Shown here in pieces: positions 27,581-40,257 of a stretch of 64,000 nt of DNA. The stretch spans positions 16,492,001-16,556,000 of the forward strand of contig OZ004610.1 in the NCBI GenBank assembly GCA_963924565.1, in the 5' to 3' direction. Source of the DNA: Ascidiella aspersa (Eukaryota). Position 1 is the first letter of the stretch. Each line of letters opens with the position of its first letter. Both the position numbers and the translations under genes were made by a program. The notes beneath the pieces are model-generated. The model worked only from the letters and a program-made list of their open reading frames with translations. It was not told where the DNA came from and did no database searches.

Positions 27581-30500
27581 TCACGTGGAGTCAACTTTCT
27601 TACGCATCTGCTCCTTTTGTCTATTAAGCGTCCTGCAAAGCGATTCAATTTAAATTTTATCGTTAAAGCTCATTTATTGCTTTTCGTTTTCTTTTTAAAA
27701 TAGTAGCTTTGTAACAAAGCAAATAACAAGATAAAAAAATAATCTTGAAAATTCATTTTAAAGCCTTATATTTCGAGAAAATCGATATCATGTCATTTGG
27801 CTTTGAAATTCATTTTTAAGCTACATTCCAAATCGACGAATAGTGTACCTAAAAATATAATTCATTTACAAAAACGTAGCTAAGCACGAAATTTTTACGC
27901 CGAATAAAACATTTATAGGAAGCTATATATTAAACGGAATGTTTGCATATGCCAATTTGGTACAAAAAAACAACCCAGATTAGGTAACTCTACAAAAAAT
28001 TAATTACATAGACTAACCTGTGCTTATCTTTGAGCATGATTGTGGTTCTATTGTTGAACTTGTAGTTATCTAAAATCATCGACCACTGGCCCTTGCCAAA
28101 TCGCTTGATTCCCTTGTTTAGGTTTTCTTCTTCCCAATCCGTCCACGGCTAAGAATACCAAAAACAAAATAATTCGTAATGTGTTCTATATTCATAACCC
28201 ATGGCATTATACAAATTTGTATAACTGTTATGTAACCCTCAGAAGTTGTACAGGCACTTGACTCAAGGAAAGCTTACCAAAATCAGTCGGTCTTTGCCTT
28301 GGTATATCATTTTTTTCTTATTAATTATATATTAATTATCGAAATGTACTCCTGGAATAAAAACATAGGTAACCAATCACCTATTTACATAAAGGTGGGT
28401 GGGGCTAATTAAGCAGTATGTGAAAAGCCTAGATAAGGATGGCGCATGTTTTCAGTAAAATTGCCAAAATCGTGTTTTGAGTTATGAAAAGTTTAACGCA
28501 AGAATGCTTGACTAGCCCAAAATAAGACGGGCAACATTTTGGATTGTTCTAAACTACCTGATAACCAAAAAGTTGTAAATGTATTTCTAAAAATAGGTTG
28601 TAACAGGAGTGTAAAAGTGCCATTTGGCTCACTTTAAAAATAAATTACGCCATACAAGCAATCTGAGGTCATTTTCGAAATCCGCAGCACATCCAAAACT
28701 CCTTTTATTTTAAACAATTGATGCAGACTTGTTTAATCACAGCTTGCTTCACAATATGCGATTTAGTATGATGGTTATTTTCAAACAAATAAAATGAGTA
28801 TTTATAAATATGTGGTACATAAGAACAATTCAATAACCAAATAGGTAAGGGTACAAAATATGTCCGCAGGGTGCTAGGTAACTTACATGCACTAGAAACG
28901 ATTTAGAACGAAAATATTTGAGAAAAATAAGTAGAACTTGTGAAACTCATTAGAAAGTGTGAAAATATTCAAAGTGATAGTTTGGTATAAATTTTATTGA
29001 GGCCAACAAATAAAACAGGACACCTTATTAGATCAGCAGAAACCTTAAGAGATGCCTCTAGTGACGTAATTTTGTGACGTCTTTGCCTACAATCAGAATT
29101 TGCTTACTTCGTGTAAGTTAATTTGTTTCTGGAGCGCAAATTTTTCACATCAATCAGTTATTCTTTCCTTTCTTTTTCGTGTATCTAAACATTTTAGTCA
29201 CCACACGGTTCCGGTGTGGAAATGTCTTTTTATTAAGGGCGAATGTCAGCATGGGCTAGTTTTTTTACATTACCTTGCTTGTAGGAAAATCTTGTATAAC
29301 CCAACTAACGTATAAACTAAGTATCGGTCATGCCTAGTTTAAACCCAGAATTTGCAGGGGTGAAGGGTGAACAGTCAGAAATGGATGATAGCTTGCGAAA
29401 CAAACTAATCATGTTGTGCTGTTATATACAGACGAGTTTTATCATATCATGAGACAAGGGTGAATGAAATGTGGAGATAGATGCTAGGGATGAAAAAACT
29501 AAAAAAGTTTAAGAAGCAATGGGTTAAGTTATATAAATCCTCACATACGGAACGCAACTGTAGAAACTTGCCTTTTTTTTGTGCGTCCGCAACTTCTTGG
29601 CCTGGACTGTATCGAAAATGTCTGACGCTTTCTCTCGCGACACAAAATTGTGTTTCGGGTCAGTTTCCCACGTCATCACTTCTCCAGTGCCATCGTCAAG
29701 CCAAAGACGTCGTTTCCTTTTTACTGAGAAGCAATAACAAAAACAACAAGGTGAATGAATACTTGGGATGGGAAACTTTAAACAGACTGGAGATGAACAA
29801 TTACGTCTTTTTTCAGAGGTTTAATGTTTTTCTATCTGAAAACAATTTTTGCTGCTACTTAATCGATTGGTCAACTTTTAGGCGCTTACCATTGTGCTGA
29901 CCCTCCACCCTTGCGATGCTGTTCCCCCTAGCGGTGTTACGACGCCTCCTCCGGGCAGGCGACATGCTCCCTTCAGGACTTTGCGAGCGAGATTTGGCGG
30001 GCGACAAAAGCTCGCAATCCTCCCCCTCGTCGTTCTTATTTTCAGACAACGGAGCCGCTGTTTCGTCAGTGTCTTTTTGCTGGCGCGTTGATCTTGGAAT
30101 TCCGTGACCGGACGGCACAGCGCTGTTAGCAACGTCACGGTTTGCGCAAGTGGAAGCTCTAGTTGGCGGACTTTTGCCTGGGGCGACTGCAAATCGGGAC
30201 TGCACACGGGGCTTCGGGACCGAACCGGATTGTCCGTTTAAACGCCGTTGGATAGGCGACGAGGTGTCAACGGCCTTCGTTTTACTGGGCGAGGACGAGA
30301 CGGTCCGTTCCAGGATTGTGACGTCGACCTGTTCTCGAAGCGTCTGCTTCGAGGCTACGGAATGCGACTGCGATGCGACGTCGTTGACCGTGGTTTCGTG
30401 TCTTATTCTCAACGGATCTTCGCGCAGGTCGGACCTCGATTTTGCACGCCCACCAGTCGCGTCAACCTCGCTTTGGGATTCCTGGTCAGAATCGATCTCC

Positions 30501-33500
30501 GAAATAGAAATCTAAAGATACGAAAAAACAAAGAAAGGCGTGAAAAATTTGGTTTAACATTCAAGTGTTTAATAAATTAAAATATCATATATTAGGTTAA
30601 TTTATCGCCTATGGTCAATAAGGCACTAAAATACTATATTATCGTGATATCGAGATAAAAAACAGAAATTATATAGTACACAAGTTTGTAGGGTTAAACT
30701 GACCATTTCTTCTGTTTCAGCCGATTCTGCTTCATTGGCGGACTCTTCACTTGATGCACCTCCTTCATCTGAAAATTAATATTTCCGTATTGGGATATAA
30801 TTTATGAAGAAAGACTATATTTAAAAAAAATAAAATTCCGAAGTTACATAAATTCTAGAGAATAATTATTTTAATTTTAATGCAAAAAAACAAATTTATG
30901 CAAATAGGCGTACTTACTAATAGTGTTACGTTTAAAATATAGAAACATGCTAGTCTTCGTTGTTTTTTTAACATAATACTTTCACATTTTTTTACAGTCA
31001 CATTAACTATTATACAAATGGTTGCACAATGCACATGCTGGTCAAACAAAACACTTTACTTTGGAAACTACTTATAACTAACTGACAAGATGTGTGCGCG
31101 CTCTACATAGGACGTAAAATGTTTACAAATGTTGTAATAATTCTTTCTACATCACATTTGATAAGCTTTCACAATAACCAAAATACACGGTAATTTACTC
31201 TTGCCTGCTGCCTGAGCTTGTTCAAGTAGGCCTAAAAGCAAATCCCGCACTATTACTGGCTCACGGCTCCCTTCATCACAATTCACTTGCTTTTTTAGTG
31301 AAATTAGCTTGCTTTTAAACTCGTCAACCGTGGCAGATGATGACGATTTGTTGTGACATTCTTCACGTAAGCCACCTTTATCAACATTCTCCTATTTAAT
31401 TCGGGTTGCTTAAAGCTGCCCTCTCAACTATACGCTCGAATGGGTCAGTTAAAGCGATCTTTACCTTGCAGCGAAGTTACTTCAACTTATCTTAATTAGC
31501 ATTAAACTGTTCTTTTATATATACCTCACAATCTTACATTCTACAAAACGCCAAATTGCGTAGTTAATTACGTCAAAAAGTAATTTTTAGAAAAAAAAAC
31601 TTTACCTGATGCTAATTGCGGTGGGCCCAGATCAGATGTAGTGGATGTAGACGACAAAGAACTGTAGTAAAAAGAATAAATTTTAATAAAGTTTCAAATG
31701 AATGTTTATTACGAATTTCAATTAAAGTTTACCTCTTGCGACGAAGACGGATGGTGGGAGTTCCTTTAAAATATTAAAAACGATTAAAATGTAAAACAAA
31801 AAAATTCATACTTAAAAACACTTCAAAAATGTGTAAATGCAGAAGCAAAAAATGAATTTTCTCATTTTTTTTTGTTTCTTCGACTACATATATATTTTTT
31901 TTTTCAAGACACGAGTAAAGCAAAACCATTATTTACACTTGGCAACATGTTATAATTATATGGTAAAACTAAGAAGTATGCACGAACTTTCTTTTCTTTG
32001 CTTTCCTTCATCCCGCACAAAGTGTTGATATGCAATCTTATGTGCAGTACTAAGTATCAGTTCCCCGTCTTCTGCTATGCGAACTATTTTCTGATTGCCC
32101 ATGTTACGCCATCTAACAAAAAAGCAAATAATCCACTTCAGTTACGATATCAAATATATCATCTTAGTTTGTCACAAAGTCAGGATTTTGCCAGGGTTTA
32201 CCTGTCCTTGAGGTGCACTGATGTTCTGTAGGCCGGAAATGTGTATTTGTTTAGAATTTGCTTCCACTTTCCAAGGCCCAGAAGAACCACGCCGCGTATG
32301 ATGCGCACATCTGAGTGGATCGTAAAGGCCTGGAATAACATGAATGTATCATATCATTCATTAGGACTTTAGATACCATGAAAAAAAACACATTATAGAA
32401 AATATATATATATATTTTTTTTGTGTTAGCTTGAATATCTACCTAACGGGTCGAAATCCCAACATACTTTGATTAAGCTTTAAAAAACACACGGATGTCG
32501 TACAACAAACCTTTCCGAGAAAAATTGATATTGATTTACGCTAAAGCCTACTGTCTTCTTACATTGTGTTTAACCACGCAAAATTTAGGTGAAGTTCCCA
32601 AAATATTGCGTTTATTGCAGCAGTATGAACAGTAGTGAGCACTTTTTTTTAAAGGAGATTTTTTTACGTTTAACGCACTTTGGAACCGGGACTACGTATT
32701 TGCTTGAATATCACACTATCATGCAAGTTTAAACAAAACTAAAGTTTTGCGTTTGTCAGTAATATAAAGTCGTTTGTTACTTAAAACAGGTGTGACACGC
32801 TTAGCCAAGTGTAGTGTGCTATAGTCGAATATCTAGTCGTATTATTCCAAAAACAACAAACAACATTGTAATTTGGTTACATATTAAGTTGTCACAATCC
32901 TTTTTAAACAGTCGGCTGTAACATGCGGCTGTCGATTTAGACGCCGTATTACTTTTATTAAAGGGAAGGATTTAGTTAAACCATTCCAGATACAATTAAC
33001 GTCAGGACTATCATCCCCTTAACTGTTTCACTATGTAGGGTACATTTTCTGCTATGATCGCAAAATGAAAAAAAAAACACCACATGGTGTGAAATTTATT
33101 TTTACCGAACGTTTGATGCAAGGTAGTACAGCGTTTTGGCCTAAAAAAACTGTTATGCCATATGAAAATATATAGCACTTTTTATTCCTCTGACGAAGAT
33201 GTTACTCTATCGGTAACATCACTTTTTGGTTAAATGCCAATTTTCCCAATCATATTTTGGGACTTGTGTCAACGTAATATATACTAGAGATAAAGAACAC
33301 ACAGTATAATGATTGGTTTCATTTTGTATAACCACGCAAAACTTCGATAGATAAGTTACCGCGCTTATTGCAGTTATAATCGATTTACAACGCCGGAGGA
33401 ACGCCCATAGTCCTTTACTGGATTATACTGGTAAATACTTTATATCGAACCTGGGCAAGGCCGGGTATTTCGTCTAGTTCTAGTACATCATATAAGGGAC

Positions 33501-36500
33501 GCTTACCATTTTCCTTTTTCCATACAAAGGTCGTTGTTCTTTGACAGATTTTTGAAGATTTCTGATATTAAAAAAATGCAAATTATATTAGGCTTGTAAC
33601 TTAAGATTGACTGTTGAGATGAAATAAAGACGGTAAAATTTGGCTTTAACATATATATTGAAAAATTTTTGTTATTACTTGATTTGAAATACTATTGATT
33701 TGAAATACTATTGATTTGAAATAACATTTGGTCTACAGTGTTTTACATAAGAATTAATAAGTAAAATGAGTTGTTATATCAAAATAAACCAAATGGTAAA
33801 ATGTGGAAAAGTAAAATTGTTTGCAGTTATTGTTATCTGTGTCGGTGTTGGTTAGCAAAACATAAAAGATCAGTTAACCAGTTAGAAAAACGGAGATAGG
33901 TGAACAACGGAAGACAATTCTGGCACAGTAATAGCACAAAAAACATGCTTACTATTTTGGCCAGAAGAATTATCCATGAATTAATAACAAATTAAATCAG
34001 CAAATTGTGTTTTTTTCAGCAACATAGTCTAGCAAAGCTAGTAATTCAGGTCAGACACTTATATATGTTAAAAGAATATAGATATTACGCCAGTGAAGGA
34101 ATTATCAGTTTATCTGAATAAACAGCATAACAGTATAAACATTAGGCAAAAGCATTAAAAAATAATATATAAATACTTCAATTTTTTTTTTTGCCTAATA
34201 GTTGTACTTTTACAACATCTATGGAAAGTGTGTAACCTGAATCACTAGCTTTGCTAAAACTATTCTGCTGTTACTGATCAGGAATTGAGGTCGACATATT
34301 TATCGTGGAAGGGTCAAGGTGATTTCCAATATTACACATTCAGTGCAGACAAGTATTTTTCTTATTTAACAAAAGCAACTATTTCCTTATACAAACCCAA
34401 TTTTAATAGGCAACATTGGGCCATGCATGGATTATCTTACTGTGTTTTAAAAATCCCCTTCTTAGATGGACGGCTTTTGTCTTCCACAATGAGAACACTT
34501 TCGGTATCAGCAGAAGATTCTGGCGATCTCTGTATGTCTGTGTTTTGCAATTGTGTGTTTTAGATGTTGAAATAAATATCATAATAGAAAAGTAGAACAA
34601 ATAGCAATCATGATTTCTATATCCATGATTGTGCATAAACAAGATGTATCCTTTCTGGCTCCTTTTTGCATGTTTGTTTACTCATTAAAATAAATTATCA
34701 CACACAAGTAGAAAGGTTAGAAATTCAATATTAAGGTTAGAAATATTGTATATTTAGTGATATAGTTTTACCTTGGTGTTGTTTGTTTTCTTGACATATT
34801 TTTATAATTGCTAAAAAATTCATATTTCACTAAATAAACCTGGTTAGCAGTAACTGGTATTTGTGGCCTCCTAAATAGCATCTCACTAAAACGAATAGGG
34901 GCATGTGCATCTTGGTTAGTCTGTAATATGTATTTTAACCCAAGTGTTTGATGCAAAGTAATTAATGTAATGTGTATATGTTACTCTGTTGACAGTAGTG
35001 TTTAAATATTTTTTAATTAGTATTTCCTGACATTTTTTGGTATTCCTTCTCTATAACATGTATAATTTAAACAGATTGACAAGACTTCTTATTCTTTATA
35101 AATTACAATTAAAGAGAACTGATTTTAACAGCTCCTTGAATGTAGCAGATAATTTGTTTGTACAAGTAGTGGTAAGACCCATTGTGTACTGTACAGAGGG
35201 AGGAAATGGAAATAAGGCTTTTTGCAGGCAAGCAGAAGAGTCAGTTAATTAAAATGCCATCAAACATGATAAAAGCCTGTTTTTAAATACTTTAAAACTG
35301 TATTGAATAACAATGTGATAAAGGCCATATTATGGTTTATAATAAAAAACAAGAAAAAAATAAATCCAAAGAATCTTAAAAAGAAGAGTTAAAAGTGCTT
35401 TTTTAGTTTGTTTTTTAGTACCTTGCAGAATGAGGTTGGTCAAACAACACTGACGGCCGAAACTATTTTTTACAACCAAGTTCAATGTTAACAAAAAATA
35501 AAACTCTCATTTAGTTAACGAAAATAAAAGTCAGTTTACCAGGATAATATCACTGAATATTCTGAATTAGCCAATTTTGGGGAATATACAGCAGAAAGAC
35601 ATGCTACCAAGATATGACTTATGTATTAATATTAAACAAACATGAAATTAAAACTACCAAATTAAAAAAAAACAAAAAAAACAAGATATGTCCCGAAAAT
35701 AAATTTTCGGCCCATATAATAACCATTAATGATATCTATAATTTTATTGTGTGAAATTTGTTCAGTTTTTGCTTCCTAATACAGACAATAGCAAGCATAT
35801 TCTGTCATATTTTGGGGTAAACTAAAACCAGTCAAAGAAGGTAGAACACACTATGGATATGGCTTTTCGTATTAACACAATTAATTACCAAATAATTTGC
35901 CTAAAATACAAAATATTAAAAACTATGCAGCCCAGCAGTTAAATTCTGCACCATGTAATCATGACCCCCAACCATAGTGGTTTCAAACCTACTAAAAAAA
36001 GATTATGCCAATTTTAAGAAATCTTACTGTATTACTATAACAATAAATTCCATTGAAACAAATCACATGAACTCTGCAACAAGTCTTAATTTAGTTGTGC
36101 TCTGTAAGTCTGTACACAAACAACGGTAACACACAACAAGTCTACAATATCTAAAGAATAATAATCTACAAATGCAGAGTATTACAACAACGGCATAATA
36201 GAACCAAATACACAACAATAACTGTGACAGAATAAGACCTAGTAAGATCAAGAAAAAGACCCAAACCTGTTTAAATAAGTCCAAAATACGTACATAATAG
36301 ACAAATTAAAGTTAAACTGTAGGGATAGAGTATGTGAAGCTTGGGGGATACCTGTCAGGCATCTGATGTTTTGCTGTCAACGTTGAGGTACCCTAGTTTG
36401 AATGGCACCATTGGGGCACCTCTGTTTTGGCACTATATTGTTTGCCCCTGCCGTTAGGGAATTGCTGGGGTTTCGGTTAATATTATAGGGGGAGTTATTA

Positions 36501-39500
36501 ATAAAGTTAGGGGTGGGGTTTAGTAAAAAGTTATATAGGCTTTGTTCTGGCCATTTACGCTTATTCTGACAGGTTTAAGCCTTTCTCTGAAGTTCTGACA
36601 GGTTTAAGCCTTTTCTCTTTATAGGGTATTTTTATTATTTTGGTTGTTGATGTTGTTCTCATTTGGGTCTTATGGCTGGATTTCACAAACAACTGAATTA
36701 ATAGGCTTAGAAATATTTAGATTCAAAATAATCCAAATATTTCTTGGCAAGCACCACCAATATAAACGCACCCAATGGTGGTTGAGAACCACTGTACTAG
36801 CAGATCAAAGTCTCAATTAAATTAGTAGTTTCATTTCATTGTTTTTTTATAAGGTGTGAGTAAATACGAAAATTCAACAATGCTTACTTTTGGCTGCCAA
36901 TTTCTCTTGACGAACTTTTTCCATGAAAATTCTGTTGAACTCTTCTTTGAACTAAACAAGGAGGATCAAAAGAAAAGAATAGTTTTACAAATATGTAAAA
37001 CACACATGTGTTTTTTTGTCTAATGTTAAATATATAGGTGACCATATCCTACCAAAAAATATCCAAGCTTGGATTTATGAAGCCATTTTTGTGCAAACCA
37101 AGTGTTTTAGGGTTGATCCTGTTTGTGTGTTTGTAAACAACACTTTTTACATAGAAACAATTTAAACATTAGTGGTTCTATTTTACAGACTTAGGGTTGT
37201 TATGTAGGTTAGTGTGTATTAGTTGCTTAAAGGTTCAAACAAGGCTAATTTTTTTATTTTGCTTTAATTTGTTTGTCTGTTGTAATGTGAATTGCCTAAT
37301 AAAATAAGGCCTAATAAATTAAGATTGCGGCGGGCCTTGCTTTATTTACCGTTTTTTTATAGAGAAAATTTTGAGGCTCTTTGGTGCTTGTATTTTCTGC
37401 AAATGGCTCTTCCATTGAATACATTTGCCCACCCCTGACATAGACCAATAATTTCAATCGATGTATGGCGAAAATTGCCAATAATTTTAATGTTTTGCGG
37501 CTGAAACACTTTATGCACAATCAGCGCACAATACTACTTATACTAACAGAGGAGGATTCTATACGATGACAAAGAGAAAGATACTATATAATATTAAGTA
37601 CAAGTATATATGCATATTGGAAGACACCTCATATTCAAGCAACATACTACCAAAAGCTTACATCTTTCGCAATGTTATTGCAAAGCACTGGCCTCTAGTG
37701 TGCATTGCTGTACCAGCAGATTTCAGTTTTTTGGACTTCCTGGAAGCACCGGACAATCACATTTCATAATTATACATTATAATAGTGCGTCATAAAGCTT
37801 TTTCGCAATCTATTACAAAGCAATCAAATTTTGTCATTTCTACTCAAATATCCCACTTCATATTTGGAAGCTAGAAAGCCAAGAAAATTACCTTTCATTT
37901 AAGCTAAGTTGCAGAAAAATCGAAGTAGAGTATTTTTCGGTATAACTGATCAAAGTTTTGTCATGCATGACTGATCACAAACAGTCATGTGTGAAACTAG
38001 CCACTGGAGGCCTGTAGTGATACAAAAACAAACAACAATATATCTTTTTAGAATCTGCTTACTTTGAAGAACTGATATGCATTGGATTTTTTTAGTTACC
38101 ACTTAAAACACCTTCATAATGGGTCAAACAAAATTTGCAGTTAAATTTTATGCATGAGCGATCACGAAAAAGCCTAAAAAGGACCAATTTTCATTCGCTG
38201 ATATCTCAAAAAGTACTAGACCAATTTCGGTAAAATTGGTATCACTTTTCATAGAATTGCACAGAGATTCTACATATAAAATTTTAAAAAAATCTATGAC
38301 ATATGGTGCCACCACTGTACCAGTAGCAATAGAATGACCCATTGTTGTGAAGCAAATAGAATCTATCACCCTGAAACAAGTTGTCTTTAAAAGTATTATT
38401 TTAAAAAGTATTATACCAAACAGTGGTTACAGGTAATTGTCAGCAAAATATCCGATTTACAACTAAGAAGTATTGTAATCTTTATAATTCGATTTTAAAA
38501 AACATTAAAAAGTAAATAATTTTTAATGATATTTACCCGAGACATGACAGGTACTCTCAGTATTTTCAAATATTCTTTCACCAATGCTTTTGTTGCATTA
38601 AAAATACGCAAACTGTGTGACATAGTAATCTCTCCGACTTGAGATGAACTTGCAACAATTTGCGTAAATTCTATCAGTTTAGGCTACAAAAAAATACACT
38701 TTAAATTTTAACATTTTAAAGTTAATCTAAATATTGTTTTGTTTTTAAAAAAAACTTACAAGAAATGTTTCATCCAAATACAGTTTCATTGTTTCATCAG
38801 TTGTAAGGTCTGTTATCATTTCAATAACTTCACACAACTTTTCTGACACTTTTCTTACTTGTGCAATTTGTATTATTTTTCCTTGTCATAAATAAAACAA
38901 AATGTTTGTTGAAATAACATGTAATGCTGGCCAATTAACAAAATATTATATATATACTTGATCTATAAGTGCCAAATAAACACTGGTAGTAAAAAATAAG
39001 AAAGGCTTAATAATAAATTACTTATTCTAAAAAGCAAACTTATCAAACTGCATGGGATGCAAACTCAAACAGTTCTGGAAATTATTCAAGCGAGCAGTCT
39101 GCTATGCATGTTGGCTAGATGTCACACTTAACAAACACAAAGGCTTAAATTATATATTTGCTAATCACATTGTACATAATAAATTTTTCGCGTATTTCAT
39201 TTTATCAATGAATTTTAATTGTGTCGTTAAGGGTTTGAAAAACCAAAAATAACTTTTTTTTACACAACATACAGCCATGTGAGTTGGTTGAAAGGCGCAC
39301 AGCTTCATGAAATGATCAGCAATCAAGGTCTTAATTTTTAACTTATTTTGTAAAATATGTATTTCACAAGTAAAAGGCATCTTTAGTATTTCCATACAAA
39401 CAACTAGTAAAAAATATTTAAATGTCAAAAAATTAAAACTTTTATTGTTGACAAAATGTATTATGTTGGATGGCAAGATTCTGTTTCGAAAAAAAAACTG

Positions 39501-39884
39501 AGCTTAGTTAAGTAATATTAATAAGTTAGAGACATGTGGCATGATTTGAAGCTTTAATTATATCTACGCTTGCAGCTAAGGATATTTACAATTTTAGTAT
39601 TTTTAAAGAAATCTAACCATCTGTTGTTAGCTGATGGACACATTCCTTGGTGCAATAAAGCAGTCCTCTAATGACAGAAGTTGGATCATTGGCATATGTA
39701 AGGGTTTTCTTAAGACCTAAGAAAGTAAAAGTTGATTCAACTTATTCTACGGCAAAGATTGTAAATAATTTTATATTTACTTACATGGTTTTTGATCAAA
39801 ACATTGAAGTTCCTCATTATATTCAAAGTCTATTGTCCATTGGTCAATTGAGCAACTTGATTGCTCTACGCCAGAGTCACTCAT
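27581..39884 (-). CDS. TERF: Telomeric repeat-binding factor (TRF1/TRF2-like): divergent TRFH-like N-terminus and two telobox Myb domains
   Basis: Phase-consistent exons: 39884-39785 (MSDSGVEQSSCSIDQWTIDFEYNEELQCF, W-x-x-DF like TRFH helix 1), 39716-39618, 38881-38760, 38683-38537, 36951-36888, [unresolved small exons ~35600-34441], 33561-33507 (..LYGKRKM), 32329-32202 (Myb1), 32112-31988 (RWRNM..), 31763-31733, 31661-31606, (31485-31465), ~31375-31199, 30768-30704, 30511-29890, 29723-29572, 28148-28018 (Myb2), 27632-27581 (stop). Confidence 0.8.
28018..28148 (-). CDS. TERF: TRF exon encoding the C-terminal telobox Myb domain
   Basis: PWTDWEEENLNKGIKRFGKGQWSMILDNYKFNNRTTIMLKDKH(R|TL), compared with human TRF1 [46 protein letters not shown]. 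Flanked by ttcttag| and |gttagt. Confidence 0.92.
32202..32329 (-). CDS. TERF: TRF exon encoding the internal (second) telobox Myb domain
   Basis: AFTIHSDVRIIRGVVLLGLGKWKQILNKYTFPAYRTSVHLKD(R|WRNM). Preceded by the KRKM exon. Acceptor ttattccag|, donor |gtaaac. The next exon (from 32112) completes KDRWRNM. Confidence 0.85.
33449..33478 (+). mobile_element. Helitron-like 3' terminus
   Basis: GC-rich imperfect hairpin cctgggcaaggccggg followed ~10 nt later by CTAG|T, the canonical Helitron 3' end. 5' end not located. Confidence 0.45.
36345..36640. repeat. Dispersed repeat with telomere-like motifs, related to 61080-61450
   Basis: gttaggggtggggtttag and a duplicated ttctgacaggtttaagcc unit. 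The reverse strand shares tgcctgaca / ccaaaacag blocks with 61190-61350, which contains aaccctaaccc. Confidence 0.4.
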
Positions 39885-39988
39885 AGTTGATGAAATAGTT
39901 CCAAACTGGCACTTTTCTTAAATTAAAAACAGAATTTTAGTTAAATATCTAGCAAATGCTGAAAAATAACTGTTATAGTTAGCAAGTT

Positions 39989-40257
39989 GGCGCTCTTTCA
40001 CTATTGAACGTAAAAATTAACAAAAATTTTTTTTTCTTCAAATGCCGCTTACCACAACGCATATTGTTTTGGTTAGGGTGCGGGTTAGAGTTTGGTTGAG
40101 GGTGGGTCAAGTTATTATTAATAATAAACAAAATATTACTTGACCCACCCTTACCCAAACGCTAACCCGCACCCTAACCCAAACAATATGCGTTGTGGTA
40201 TGCGGTATTATTTTTTTTTTTTGCATAACCTTTCACGTACAATAGTGAAAGAGCGCC
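39989..40257. mobile_element. Palindromic MITE (Merlin-like: GG termini, 8-bp TSD) with TTAGGG-like arms
   Basis: Long inverted arms ggcgctctttcactattg...accacaacgcatattgtt..ggttagggtgcgggttag..gggtgggtcaagt / acttgacccaccc..ctaacccgcaccctaacc..aacaatatgcgttgtggt...caatagtgaaagagcgcc. Direct repeat agcaagtt at 39981-39988 and 40258-40265. Superfamily assignment is inference. Confidence 0.8.

Noticed and set aside
29481-30580. Plus-strand ORFs of 65-139 aa
   Set aside because: Antisense shadows of TRF exons.
33678-33724. 3x16-bp tandem ttgatttgaaatacta, and similar small duplications at ~24524 and ~38388
   Set aside because: Ordinary slippage minisatellites with no further structure.
39022-39110. 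Possible additional TRF exon
   Set aside because: The phase-compatible frames I tested contain stops, and exons 39618 and 38881 join in phase without it.
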